From a bacterium (GTDB taxonomy: Bacteria > Babelota > Babeliae > Babelales > RVW-14): a DNA stretch of 64,000 nucleotides. The translations under genes were made by a program, and so were the position numbers. The notes below the pieces were generated by a model. The model saw only the letters and a list, made by a program, of their open reading frames with translations, did not search any database and was not told the origin of the DNA. Shown here in pieces: positions 8,790 through 17,750 of this stretch (its first letter is position 1; each line of letters opens with the position of its first letter). Location of the stretch: contig JBDRBF010000008.1 in NCBI GenBank assembly GCA_043822925.1, positions 14,302-78,301 on the forward strand, in the 5' to 3' direction.

Positions 8790-11700
8790 TTAAATTAGTT
8801 TGCCATCTTCATCATAAGCTCTCAATTCGCCTTTGGAAGACCGTACTATGATTTCAATTTTATTTGTTTTCTTATTTTCTCGCACTTCAGGAATGTCTCC
8901 TGAATTAAGCGTGATAGTTACTCCATGATTCGTTCTTACACAAGAAGTACCCGAGACCTGCTCATAATACAAAACGCCATATTGAGTAAATGTTGTATTT
9001 TTTTGCGAAAGAAATATCGCAAGTTTTTCAAATGTCATCTGAGAATCAATTAAAGCTTTAGCTACTGGTCTTTGCACCCTAGCAACAAAACCTTTATATG
9101 ATTCTTCTTCTGCTGGACGATCAACATATTCAATCAGACCATCACCATCAATATTAAGCGGCTCCCACTTAATATTAAATGGCTTTTCAAGTCGTACTTG
9201 GTCACTTATTATTGTATTACGCCCCAAAACAAGTTTGCCTCCAACATGAACATACGAGTTGCCATCGATAATTAATTGTGAAAAATCTCCACGCTTTAAC
9301 TGATTCCCAAATGGACTTCTTATTGCAGGACTACTTACGTCGTTAAATGCAAATGTGCCGTTCTGTTCAATAAGCAAACTTGAATCATGCAACGTCCAAC
9401 TCGATTTACCCAGTCCAGTTGCTATGATTTTAGAATCTGCAACACGTATAGATGCATTATCAAAAACATACGTAATATTATCGTCAGCATTTGGATTAAG
9501 ATAAATATTCCCCTCTATTGCATTTAATAATCCAGAATTCCAAAGCGCTTTGCCGACACCGGTCAAATAAATAATCTGGGCACCAAGTGCAGGAGCAAGA
9601 GAGCCTCTATCATAAAACTGTATTGTTGAAATATTTGGCCCCTGACCAACAAGTTTTAACTCTGCTTTATCTCCTAGCTCTACTGGAATCGTCGCGCCAA
9701 AATACATGTTCTGACCCAATGTAATAACAGAATTATCTTTTATACGAACCATAGGATCTTGAGAGCCAACACGCAGCCCCTGAAATATAACTGATTTCTG
9801 TAAATCAAAATTTGCATCACCAAACTCAAATAAACCTGTTACATTAACAATATTATTCTCACCTGAAAATCTAAAAACTTGTCCAGAAGCAAGAGATGCT
9901 TGAACGGGTAAAAATATATTTGCTTTATCGGCCAAAATATCAAAAGAACTAAAACCAATAGATCCAATCTTAAAACGAGAACTCGCTCTACCATCAAATT
10001 TTAAATTCCCACTCGGATCATTAATTTCTAACTCGTTACGATATATCACATCATAAGAAGTTGGCGCTTCTGGAAGAACTCTCTCTATATCAAAATCAAA
10101 GCTACGCGTTGCTATATTTTTTTTCTGTTTTTTTATATTTTTTTTAGTCTGTTTCTTATCTTGCTTTTTATCTTGCGGAGTATCTTGTTTTTTAACGGGC
10201 TGCGTATCTCGCTCCAAAGCTCCTAAGCCAAAACTATTCTTACTTCGCATCCGAGCAAAAGCACTCTTACGCCGCACAAAAGCTTTTCCCTTTTTTTTCA
10301 TACGAACATAAGAAGAATCTATCCCTTGGCCAGAAATTTTTTCAGATATAAGATCAAAATCTACCGACTGCTGCTTAATTGGATAATCAAGAACCTCCAG
10401 CTCTTGAACCTGTAAAAACGAATTCGCATCAGTAATAAAAGCATTTGAATTTGCATTACGAATGCTAATAGATTTATCAGAAAAGACAAGGCCAGCCAAA
10501 CTAGAACCTGAATCAGAACTATCTGTTAAATAAATACCAGGGTCACCCGTTAAAATAAATAATGGATTTCCTGGCAGCACACCAATTCTACGAGAAGAAT
10601 CAGCGAGTAAAGAATAAAGAGAAAATCGAATCGTTAGCTCATTTAAAGCGGCAATTCCGGAAAAAGCTATTGAACCAGAATATTCAAGCGCATCCTGCTT
10701 AATAACAATTTCATTATCGCTGCCCTCTATGTCAAAATTCAAACTCGTGTCACCATCAAGGGCTACCGATGAATTACCAGAAAGCGCGATAGAAGAATCA
10801 CTTTCCCCAATAAAATTCGCTACCCCCTCAAGTTCAATATTTTGTAAAACAAGAGACCCATAATTTAAATCAAAGCGCTTAGCTCTGTCGGGTGATTTAA
10901 ATGTTACTTTTTTCTTACCACCTATTCCACGCATACATACAACATTAGAAGCTCCATCTATCACAAATTTGCCAGACGTAAAAGTTACATCTTGGTCAAA
11001 CTCAAAAAGAACATTTGAACCTAAATAAACTTCACTTCCAGCATCCAAACGAAATGTTCCAGCATTTATACGAGAAAAAACTATATTTTCTAAAATTACT
11101 TTTTTCCCTGAATGAACAATAAATTGTGGTGTATCCTGATGAATAAACGTAATCACTGAACCTCGACCATCAATCGCCACATCAGCATCAACACTAATCG
11201 TCTGAACCGGCGCAAGAGTTACTCCTTTATCAAGCAAAACATCGCTTGTAATTGGAGTATCAACAAGCGTTACGTCAGAAATAGATTGACCAATAGAACG
11301 ATCTGCGACTTCCAAAATAAAACCATCAGGCCCGATTTCAAGATTTCCACTTGCTATATCTAAATTTACATTATCTACACTCAATACATGCTTAAGAAAC
11401 AAAGGCAATGGCGCATTAATTTGCCCTGAAGCATCACTAATAGGAAACACAAAAGTATATAAATTTAAACGACTATTCACTCTCAAAACAGATAAGCCAT
11501 CAAAATTCCAATTTTTAGTTCGCAAAGCGATCGTCGAATCTGACTCAACCTCAACAATCCCCTTATTCATAGTAAAGTCACCAGACAGTTCAACGTCAGC
11601 TCCATTTAAACAAAGCGTTGAAGTCCCAGATTGAAAAACAATTTTACCATCTATATTACTTAGACCCTTGACGGTAATGTTCTCTAAGCGCAATGTCACG

Positions 11701-12590
11701 CCGGGTTTTATAATAAGTTGCCCTCCACCAGACAAATCAAGAACCGCTCCATTACCATTAATTTTTGAATCGTCTTCAAATGTCCAATAACCAGTCACAT
11801 TAATATTACCATTAAGTGTTATGCTCCGTGCATTCTGAAACGTTATGTCTGTCCCCCAAGCACTTGTATAAATGCCCCCTAAATATAGGGTATACCCAGC
11901 AACATTAACATCACCAGGCCCTTCTATAAACGTATCATCAGTTAACTTAAGATCGTCACCCAATGTTAATAAACCACCATGAAGCTCAATATTTTCGTTA
12001 TATGCATTTTGAATAGCTATCGTTAATTCTGCGCTAGAATCAGTAAACACAATTTTTTGACCAGGATTAAACCGCCCTGAAACTCTATTACCAGACCCCG
12101 TAACACTTATATCAACGCCCGTTTCCGCCCGACTTACTGCTGGACTACGAGATGAAAAACTGCGTGTACCAAAAATAAACCCTGAATCAGACGGGTTAGA
12201 CTCTATTTGCGTATCGCCGATAAACTTTATGTATGTTTCTTTTTCTGGATCAAGATCACACTTATCCACACCAAGAGCCACCCCCTCTTGCGTCAAAATC
12301 CCGTCATTAAGCGTTACTATTTCACCACTAACGCCAGTTACAGGATCTGGCAAACGAGTACCATCAGCTGAAAAACGAGTTCGCGAACCAGCTTTGGGCA
12401 AAGTAATCGTGATAGTTTTTAACGATTGATTTGGCTGCGTAATATTCATACGACCATTACGAACATCAATTCCTGAAGACCTATTTGCACTATTGAGCTT
12501 TTTAGCAACAAAACGACGCGCACTTACTCTTGTTGTACTTATTAACTGCAAAAGCACCATAATCAATAATAATTTTTTTGGAACCTTCAT
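8790..12590 (-). CDS. giant exported protein (1266 aa from preferred start), paralogue of 4726..8637
   Basis: The ORF-track frame begins at 12608, but the ATG at 12590 is preceded by GGAG 5 nt upstream and gives MKVPKKLLLIMVLLQLISTTRVSA (signal-like). Same architecture as its neighbour, including the K-rich linker KKQDTPQDKKQDKKQTKKNIKKQKKN. Confidence 0.8.
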   Translation of the reverse strand: MKVPKKLLLIMVLLQLISTTRVSARRFVAKKLNSANRSSGIDVRNGRMNITQPNQSLKTITITLPKAGSRTRFSADGTRLPDPVTGVSGEIVTLNDGILTQEGVALGVDKCDLDPEKETYIKFIGDTQIESNPSDSGFIFGTRSFSSRSPAVSRAETGVDISVTGSGNRVSGRFNPGQKIVFTDSSAELTIAIQNAYNENIELHGGLLTLGDDLKLTDDTFIEGPGDVNVAGYTLYLGGIYTSAWGTDITFQNARSITLNGNINVTGYWTFEDDSKINGNGAVLDLSGGGQLIIKPGVTLRLENITVKGLSNIDGKIVFQSGTSTLCLNGADVELSGDFTMNKGIVEVESDSTIALRTKNWNFDGLSVLRVNSRLNLYTFVFPISDASGQINAPLPLFLKHVLSVDNVNLDIASGNLEIGPDGFILEVADRSIGQSISDVTLVDTPITSDVLLDKGVTLAPVQTISVDADVAIDGRGSVITFIHQDTPQFIVHSGKKVILENIVFSRINAGTFRLDAGSEVYLGSNVLFEFDQDVTFTSGKFVIDGASNVVCMRGIGGKKKVTFKSPDRAKRFDLNYGSLVLQNIELEGVANFIGESDSSIALSGNSSVALDGDTSLNFDIEGSDNEIVIKQDALEYSGSIAFSGIAALNELTIRFSLYSLLADSSRRIGVLPGNPLFILTGDPGIYLTDSSDSGSSLAGLVFSDKSISIRNANSNAFITDANSFLQVQELEVLDYPIKQQSVDFDLISEKISGQGIDSSYVRMKKKGKAFVRRKSAFARMRSKNSFGLGALERDTQPVKKQDTPQDKKQDKKQTKKNIKKQKKNIATRSFDFDIERVLPEAPTSYDVIYRNELEINDPSGNLKFDGRASSRFKIGSIGFSSFDILADKANIFLPVQASLASGQVFRFSGENNIVNVTGLFEFGDANFDLQKSVIFQGLRVGSQDPMVRIKDNSVITLGQNMYFGATIPVELGDKAELKLVGQGPNISTIQFYDRGSLAPALGAQIIYLTGVGKALWNSGLLNAIEGNIYLNPNADDNITYVFDNASIRVADSKIIATGLGKSSWTLHDSSLLIEQNGTFAFNDVSSPAIRSPFGNQLKRGDFSQLIIDGNSYVHVGGKLVLGRNTIISDQVRLEKPFNIKWEPLNIDGDGLIEYVDRPAEEESYKGFVARVQRPVAKALIDSQMTFEKLAIFLSQKNTTFTQYGVLYYEQVSGTSCVRTNHGVTITLNSGDIPEVRENKKTNKIEIIVRSSKGELRAYDEDGKLI

Positions 12591-12843
12591 TACTCCGTTC
12601 TCCCTCATTCAAAAATACAAAAAATATAAAAATTACATGCCTAACAGTTAAATACACACATAATAATCACAAATACTTTTGTGCTATTTTAATTTCTTCT
12701 CTAAATTCCCCAAATAAAAGCCTCAGCACCAACTATGCTAATTGTGCCGAACAAACGCCCACCATTTATACGACATTCTCCCTTTTTTATTCAGGCTAAT
12801 GTCCTCATTTCTATATGTCAACAATTCCCTACTACGCAAGTAT

Positions 12844-12934
12844 CCTGGGGTTAAAAAACACCAGGATAAAGCTACGAAAACGCGTAGCGCTGCTACGCTC
12901 GTTATTTACAAAACGATTCTTGGTTTGAAGATAT
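12844..12934 (+). repeat. dispersed intergenic repeat, copy A
   Basis: The 5' block cctggggttaaaaaacaccaggataaag matches copy B in 25 of 28 nt. The 3' block gctacgctcgttatttacaaaacgattcttggtttgaagatat matches copy B in 34 of 43 nt. Its 27-nt core matches copy C in 25 of 27 nt. All counts were made by hand. Confidence 0.8.
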
Positions 12935-12955
12935 GTATGTATATTTTAATTATAT

Positions 12956-13444
12956 ATGAAGATCCCAATGAAGATTCTGTTCTTTTTTTATCTCACCAGT
13001 TGTTCTGTTGTATTTGCTCAAATTAAAATAGTCCAGAAAGTTGCGCAAGAAAACACCCAAATGCCTACCACGCCTGTTACGCGCGAGGCAAATCCCAACC
13101 AACTTGCTCAATCATTTATTTTAGCCGAATACCTTAAAACTATACTTGAAATGACGCTAACATATCATGAAAATCACGCACAAGAGCCTGAAGTTACATG
13201 TATCAACTGTCAGAAAAAACTATCATCAGGAGTATTTTTTACCGGAATTGCAGGAATGGCCTTACATGATTTTGTCGAAAGAAAAAATAATTATGAATAC
13301 ATGAAAAAAAACCTAGATAAATCTATCGAATTATTATCGAGCGGATCACCTGATGAAATAACAGAGTTCATGTTACAAGTGGCAAATGAAGTCCATTTTC
13401 CTTGCACCAAATGTCATACAAATTCTTGGATAATACAAAATTAA
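12956..13444 (+). CDS. small exported protein with CxxC and C-terminal CxxCH motifs (function unknown)
   Basis: 162 aa. Signal-like MKIPMKILFFFYLTSCSVVFAQ. CINCQ in the middle and FPCTKCHTNSW eleven residues from the C-terminus. Followed by a clean terminator. Confidence 0.6.
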   Translation: MKIPMKILFFFYLTSCSVVFAQIKIVQKVAQENTQMPTTPVTREANPNQLAQSFILAEYLKTILEMTLTYHENHAQEPEVTCINCQKKLSSGVFFTGIAGMALHDFVERKNNYEYMKKNLDKSIELLSSGSPDEITEFMLQVANEVHFPCTKCHTNSWIIQN

Positions 13445-13470
13445 TTTTTCACCACAGATCGCTTAAATAA

Positions 13471-13507
13471 AAAGCTGCAAGATTTTTAAAAATCTCGCAG
13501 CTTTTTA
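13471..13507. terminator. bidirectional intrinsic terminator between the convergent 12956..13444 gene and rplQ
   Basis: The gctgcaagattt / aaatctcgcagc stem (one mismatch) is flanked by an A-run on the 5' side and a T-run on the 3' side. Confidence 0.75.
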
Positions 13508-13558
13508 TTTATAACAAGTGCTCGCTTAAGAGCGCTTTTTATTTACTTATTTACAGAA

Positions 13559-13915
13559 CTAAACCCATTCAAGACGGGCAATAGGAGCTGTGTCGCTCAT
13601 ACGACGACCAAGTAATATAACACGCGTATATCCTCCAGGTCTGCCGACATACTTAGGTGCAATTTCTTTGATCATTTTAGTAACTGCTTTAGCATCATAT
13701 GGCAACAATTGTTTAATACGACGAATCGTATTAAAATCGTATCCCTCACGAGAGAGCGTAACGATTTTTTCAACCATTTTTTGAACTACTTTTACATGAG
13801 TCTTTGTTGTTTGTAAGCAACCATAATTAATAAAGTGAATAATTTGATTTCTCAAAATCGCTTTTCTATGGCCGCTCTTTAGATTGAGCTTTTTTCTACC
13901 ATTTTGGTGATTCAT
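13559..13915 (-). CDS. rplQ: 50S ribosomal protein L17
   Basis: 118 aa; MNHQNGRKKLNLKSGHRKA... bL17-type N-terminus; last gene of the alpha operon, with a 4-nt overlap with rpoA. Confidence 0.95.
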   Translation of the reverse strand: MNHQNGRKKLNLKSGHRKAILRNQIIHFINYGCLQTTKTHVKVVQKMVEKIVTLSREGYDFNTIRRIKQLLPYDAKAVTKMIKEIAPKYVGRPGGYTRVILLGRRMSDTAPIARLEWV

Positions 13916-14973
13916 GACTTCTTGGTTCCTTCCTGTTGCTTGATCGCTTTTTTCAAATCTAATTCCTTGATGTTCATCCCCAAATGCAAGCCAAATGCAC
14001 CAAGAATTTCTTTCACTTCACGCAAAGATTTGCGACCAAAATTTTTAATTTTCAAAACATCTTCATCAGTAAGATTTACCAAATCGATAACACGTTTTAT
14101 GCCCGCACCGACGAGACAGTTATGAGCTCTAACTGAAAATTCTAATTCATCAATTGATTTCAAAAACAAATCAACTGGTAAACCTTTTGTTGGCCCTTGG
14201 AGATCAGTTTGTGCTTCTTTTTCAGCTTCTTCGTCTACTTTTTTAGAAATTTCATTAAATGGAATTTCAGCTGCAGACAAAAAGTGTTCAAATTGCGTTC
14301 TTAATACAGATGTCCCGTAATGAATAACATCTTTCGGCTCGACAACTCCATTAGTTTGAATCTTCAATGTAAGTTTATCGTAATCGATAGCTTGTCCAAC
14401 ACGAGTTTTTTCAACATGAAATTCAACACGCTTAATAGGCGAGAACATCGCATCTAAATAAATACGGTCATCAGCCTGAAGAGCTTGTCCTTTTGGCCAT
14501 TGAGCCGCAAGATACCCTCTGCCTGTTTCCACAAAAAACTCTATTTCTAATTCTCCGTCAGTAGCCAAATGAGCAAGAATGTGCTCTGGATTCAAAAGTT
14601 CAAGATGTTCGTCTGCATTAATATCAGCAACTTTTGCAACACCTTCGCCTTTGACAGAAAGACGCATTTTGCCCGACTCTCCGGTTTTATTTGAAATAAC
14701 AATTTCTTTAATATTTAAAAGCACATTCAAAACGTCCTCAGTCACTCCTTTAATCGCTGAATACTCATTATTAACCCCCTTAATAATCACAGAGGTTACT
14801 GCAGAGCCTTCAACAGAAGAAAGAATAACTCGACGCAACGCATTACCAAGCGTTATGCCAAAGCCAGGTTCAAGAGGCTGAACAATCAACTCTCCATAGG
14901 TCGGCGACGACACCTTTTTCTCCCAACTCAAACTTGGAGATATCAACGGTTTATAGGTTCTCTGCATCCACAT
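13912..14973 (-). CDS. rpoA: DNA-directed RNA polymerase subunit alpha
   Basis: 353 aa; GITLGNALRRVILSS N-terminal-domain motif; C-terminal domain LEFSVRAHNCL...IKNFGRKSLREV; located between rpsD and rplQ. Confidence 0.95.
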   Translation of the reverse strand: MWMQRTYKPLISPSLSWEKKVSSPTYGELIVQPLEPGFGITLGNALRRVILSSVEGSAVTSVIIKGVNNEYSAIKGVTEDVLNVLLNIKEIVISNKTGESGKMRLSVKGEGVAKVADINADEHLELLNPEHILAHLATDGELEIEFFVETGRGYLAAQWPKGQALQADDRIYLDAMFSPIKRVEFHVEKTRVGQAIDYDKLTLKIQTNGVVEPKDVIHYGTSVLRTQFEHFLSAAEIPFNEISKKVDEEAEKEAQTDLQGPTKGLPVDLFLKSIDELEFSVRAHNCLVGAGIKRVIDLVNLTDEDVLKIKNFGRKSLREVKEILGAFGLHLGMNIKELDLKKAIKQQEGTKKS

Positions 14974-15010
14974 TCCTCTAAGCTACTTTTCACCAACATC
15001 CAACAGAGCT

Positions 15011-15634
15011 TTACTTAGAATACAATTCAACAATTAAGTGTTCTTCTATCGGAGCTGTAATATCTGAACGAATAGGCAATCTAAGAACAGTCCCTGTTCT
15101 ATCTTTTTTATTAAGCTCAAGCCATTCAGGAACACGAAGACCCATATTCATTTTCTTGTCAACAACATTCGCCAAGAAAACTTTTTTGTTAAGAGAACTA
15201 TCTGAAAGAGTAACAACATCGCCTTCATTTACTAAAAATGATGGTGATTTTACCCGTTCCCCATTAACATAAATATGACCATGAACAACCATCTGACGAG
15301 CCTGAACTCTTGAAGTTGCTAATTTTAATCGCGCAATAACGTTATCTAATCGACGTTCCAATAAGCTCAAAAGTGTTTCTCCAGTAACTCCCTTTTGACG
15401 GGAAGCAAGTTCAAAAAAACGTTGAAATTGCTTTTCGAGAACTCCGTACATAAACTTTACTTTTTGCTTTTCTTGAAGCTGTCTTCCATATTCAGATGAC
15501 TTTTTCACTGAAGATTTTTTACCATGTTGTCCTGGGGTCAGTGGCCTTTTTTCAAGAACACACTTAGGACCTTTAGAACAAAGCTTAACTCCAGTTTGCC
15601 GACATCTTTTACATCCGGATAATTTTTTTCCCAT
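15011..15634 (-). CDS. rpsD: 30S ribosomal protein S4
   Basis: 207 aa; N-terminal Cys cluster CKRC..C..C; S4 domain RRLDNVIARLKLATSRVQARQMVVHGHI. Confidence 0.95.
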   Translation of the reverse strand: MGKKLSGCKRCRQTGVKLCSKGPKCVLEKRPLTPGQHGKKSSVKKSSEYGRQLQEKQKVKFMYGVLEKQFQRFFELASRQKGVTGETLLSLLERRLDNVIARLKLATSRVQARQMVVHGHIYVNGERVKSPSFLVNEGDVVTLSDSSLNKKVFLANVVDKKMNMGLRVPEWLELNKKDRTGTVLRLPIRSDITAPIEEHLIVELYSK

Positions 15635-15702
15635 AATCCTACCAACAATTTACTACTAAGTAACTACCAAAATTATTATACAAAAACCTACGCTCTTATG
15701 CG

Positions 15703-16086
15703 TTACATTCTTCTTTTCTTAGCAGGCCTACATCCATTATGAGGAAGCGGCGTCACATCTCGCAATACCGTTACCATCAATCCAGTTGCCTGCAAACCTC
15801 TAATCACAGAATCCCGTGAAGACCCCGGACCTTGCATATTGACTTCAACTACTTTTACGCCAAGAACTTGTAATTCTTTGCCTAATTTTGTAGCTATTTG
15901 TGTTGCCGCGAAAGGAGTCCCTTTACGAGCTCCTTTAAAACCCAATTGTCCTGAACTTCCACGCATTACAACGTCACCGTCCATCGTAGTAATAGTTACA
16001 AGCGTATTATTAAAAGAAGATTTAACATGCGCTAAAACAGAATCTACGTTTTTATATTGCTTTTTCTTACTCTTTTTATATGCCAT
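15703..16086 (-). CDS. rpsK: 30S ribosomal protein S11
   Basis: 127 aa; ...GFKGARKGTPFAA...DVTPLPHNGCRPAKKRR uS11 pattern. Confidence 0.95.
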   Translation of the reverse strand: MAYKKSKKKQYKNVDSVLAHVKSSFNNTLVTITTMDGDVVMRGSSGQLGFKGARKGTPFAATQIATKLGKELQVLGVKVVEVNMQGPGSSRDSVIRGLQATGLMVTVLRDVTPLPHNGCRPAKKRRM

Positions 16087-16118
16087 TATGTACCCTGGTT
16101 ACTGGTTAGTTGATAAAT

Positions 16119-16508
16119 CTATTTCTTAGTAACAACCTTTTTAAGAGCAACTGCCCCACCAGCTTTTCTGGGACCTTTTCTCGTTCTTGCATTAGTCTTA
16201 GTACGTTGCCCCCGAACTGGCAAAGATCTCTTATGCCGAGTTCCTCGATAAGAACCAATCTCTTGAAGTCGTTTAATATTCAACGTAACTTCTTTTCGCA
16301 AACCACCTTCTATAACAAAAAACTTTGTTATAAATTTTTGAATTGCAGCAACCTGTTCATGAGTTAAATCTTTTATACGTACATCTGGACTAATGCCAGT
16401 TTCTTTTAAAATATCGTGAGATCTTGCAAGGCCAATGCCATACAAATACGTCAATCCGATTTCTACACGCTTTTCATTTGGAAGAAGTACACCCTCAATA
16501 CGAGCCAT
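16119..16508 (-). CDS. rpsM: 30S ribosomal protein S13
   Basis: 129 aa; [26 protein letters not shown]... uS13 pattern. Confidence 0.95.
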   Translation of the reverse strand: MARIEGVLLPNEKRVEIGLTYLYGIGLARSHDILKETGISPDVRIKDLTHEQVAAIQKFITKFFVIEGGLRKEVTLNIKRLQEIGSYRGTRHKRSLPVRGQRTKTNARTRKGPRKAGGAVALKKVVTKK

Positions 16509-16565
16509 TAAAAAACCTCTCTGCTCAAATAAAAACTTACAACAATTTTCATCATAAACAAGTCA

Positions 16566-16682
16566 TTAACCTTGACGCTGTTTGTGGCGTGGTTGTTTTT
16601 CACATAACACACGAACAACTTTACCACGTTTAACTATTTTGCAATGTCCACATATTTTTTTTACGGAAGTTCTTACCTTCAT
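16566..16682 (-). CDS. rpmJ: 50S ribosomal protein L36
   Basis: Not in the ORF track (38 aa). My translation of the minus strand gives [38 protein letters not shown], a canonical bL36 with the C-x2-C...C...H pattern, located between infA and rpsM. Confidence 0.9.
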   Translation of the reverse strand: MKVRTSVKKICGHCKIVKRGKVVRVLCEKQPRHKQRQG

Positions 16683-16711
16683 GGTTCAATTCTCTTTTCT
16701 ATCTAAATGTT

Positions 16712-16933
16712 TTATTTATAACGAGAAATAATTCGTCCCTTTGTTAAATCATAAGGGGAAAGCTCAACAGCAACCTTGTCCCCTGGTAAAAGACGAATAT
16801 AATGCATACGCATTTTACCTGAAACATGCGCCAAAATTACGTGCCCGCCATCTATCAATTTCACTTGAAATACAGCATTCGGCAAAGCTTTTTCTACAAT
16901 CCCATCCATCAATATTATATCAGCTTTTTTCAT
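16712..16933 (-). CDS. infA: translation initiation factor IF-1
   Basis: 73 aa; [31 protein letters not shown]1-like IF-1 pattern. Confidence 0.95.
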   Translation of the reverse strand: MKKADIILMDGIVEKALPNAVFQVKLIDGGHVILAHVSGKMRMHYIRLLPGDKVAVELSPYDLTKGRIISRYK

Positions 16934-16957
16934 AACACCTTCTTTTGGCTATCTCCC

Positions 16958-17716
16958 TTAAATTCTAGTAAAAATCTCTGCACCATCTTTAGTTACAAGC
17001 ACAGTATCTTCAACATGTGCCGCGAACCCACCATCAACCGTCTTTGCAGTCCACCCATCAGCCATAACTTGTACGTCATAGCTTCCTTGCGCGATCATGG
17101 GTTCTATTGCAAGAGTCATACCTTCTTGCAATATCACGTCAATCTTACTCTGCGTCCTAAAGTTCGGAATTTCAGGTTCTTCATGCATATTTCTGCCAAT
17201 ACCGTGACCGGCAAAACTTCTTACTACACTAAAACCTTCGTTTTCAACCGTTTGCTGTATTGCTACTGAAATGTCAAATAACCGACACCCTGGCTTAATT
17301 CTATCGATAGCCACATCTAACGCTTGCTGTGCGACTGCAGCCATTTTTTTTGCCACAGGATCTACTTTCCCAACAAAAAAACACCGAGCCATGTCCACAC
17401 AATATTTTTTATATGATCCCACAACATCTATAGTAACAAAATCACCAGATTTTAAAATAACTTCTTTCGATGGAATACCATGTACTACTACATCATTCAA
17501 AGATATACACGTTGCATATTTATACCCTGCATAACCCTTACATTCCGGTTTTAAGCCTCTTTCCAGCATTTTTTGTTCAAAAAGCCTATCAATTTCATAC
17601 GTACTGCAACCAATAACTACATGTTCTGCAATTTCTTCCATTACTCGAGCAAGTAATTCGCCCGCGATACGCATTCGCTCAATAGCCATCTTATTTTTTA
17701 CTATTATCTTCGACAT
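16958..17716 (-). CDS. map: methionine aminopeptidase type I
   Basis: 252 aa; M24A pattern (VVHGIP, DVVGSYKKYCVDMARCF, FAGHGIG, LAIEP, HVEDTVLVT); sits directly after secY. Confidence 0.9.
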   Translation of the reverse strand: MSKIIVKNKMAIERMRIAGELLARVMEEIAEHVVIGCSTYEIDRLFEQKMLERGLKPECKGYAGYKYATCISLNDVVVHGIPSKEVILKSGDFVTIDVVGSYKKYCVDMARCFFVGKVDPVAKKMAAVAQQALDVAIDRIKPGCRLFDISVAIQQTVENEGFSVVRSFAGHGIGRNMHEEPEIPNFRTQSKIDVILQEGMTLAIEPMIAQGSYDVQVMADGWTAKTVDGGFAAHVEDTVLVTKDGAEIFTRI

Positions 17717-17750
17717 AATTTTCAGCTAGAAAACCTTAAATAAACGATTC

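Noticed and set aside
4726-12590. Calling the giant proteins classical autotransporters or chlamydial Pmp homologues.
   Set aside because: There is no C-terminal barrel-like domain or terminal aromatic residue. Only isolated GxGAI / FxxN-like strings are present (for example GSGAITGNTFEFN), too few to claim the Pmp repeat family without a profile search.
12742-13026. 94-aa plus-strand ORF spanning repeat copy A and the start of the 12956 gene.
   Set aside because: It runs through the non-coding repeat, is out of frame with the downstream signal-peptide gene, and has no RBS.
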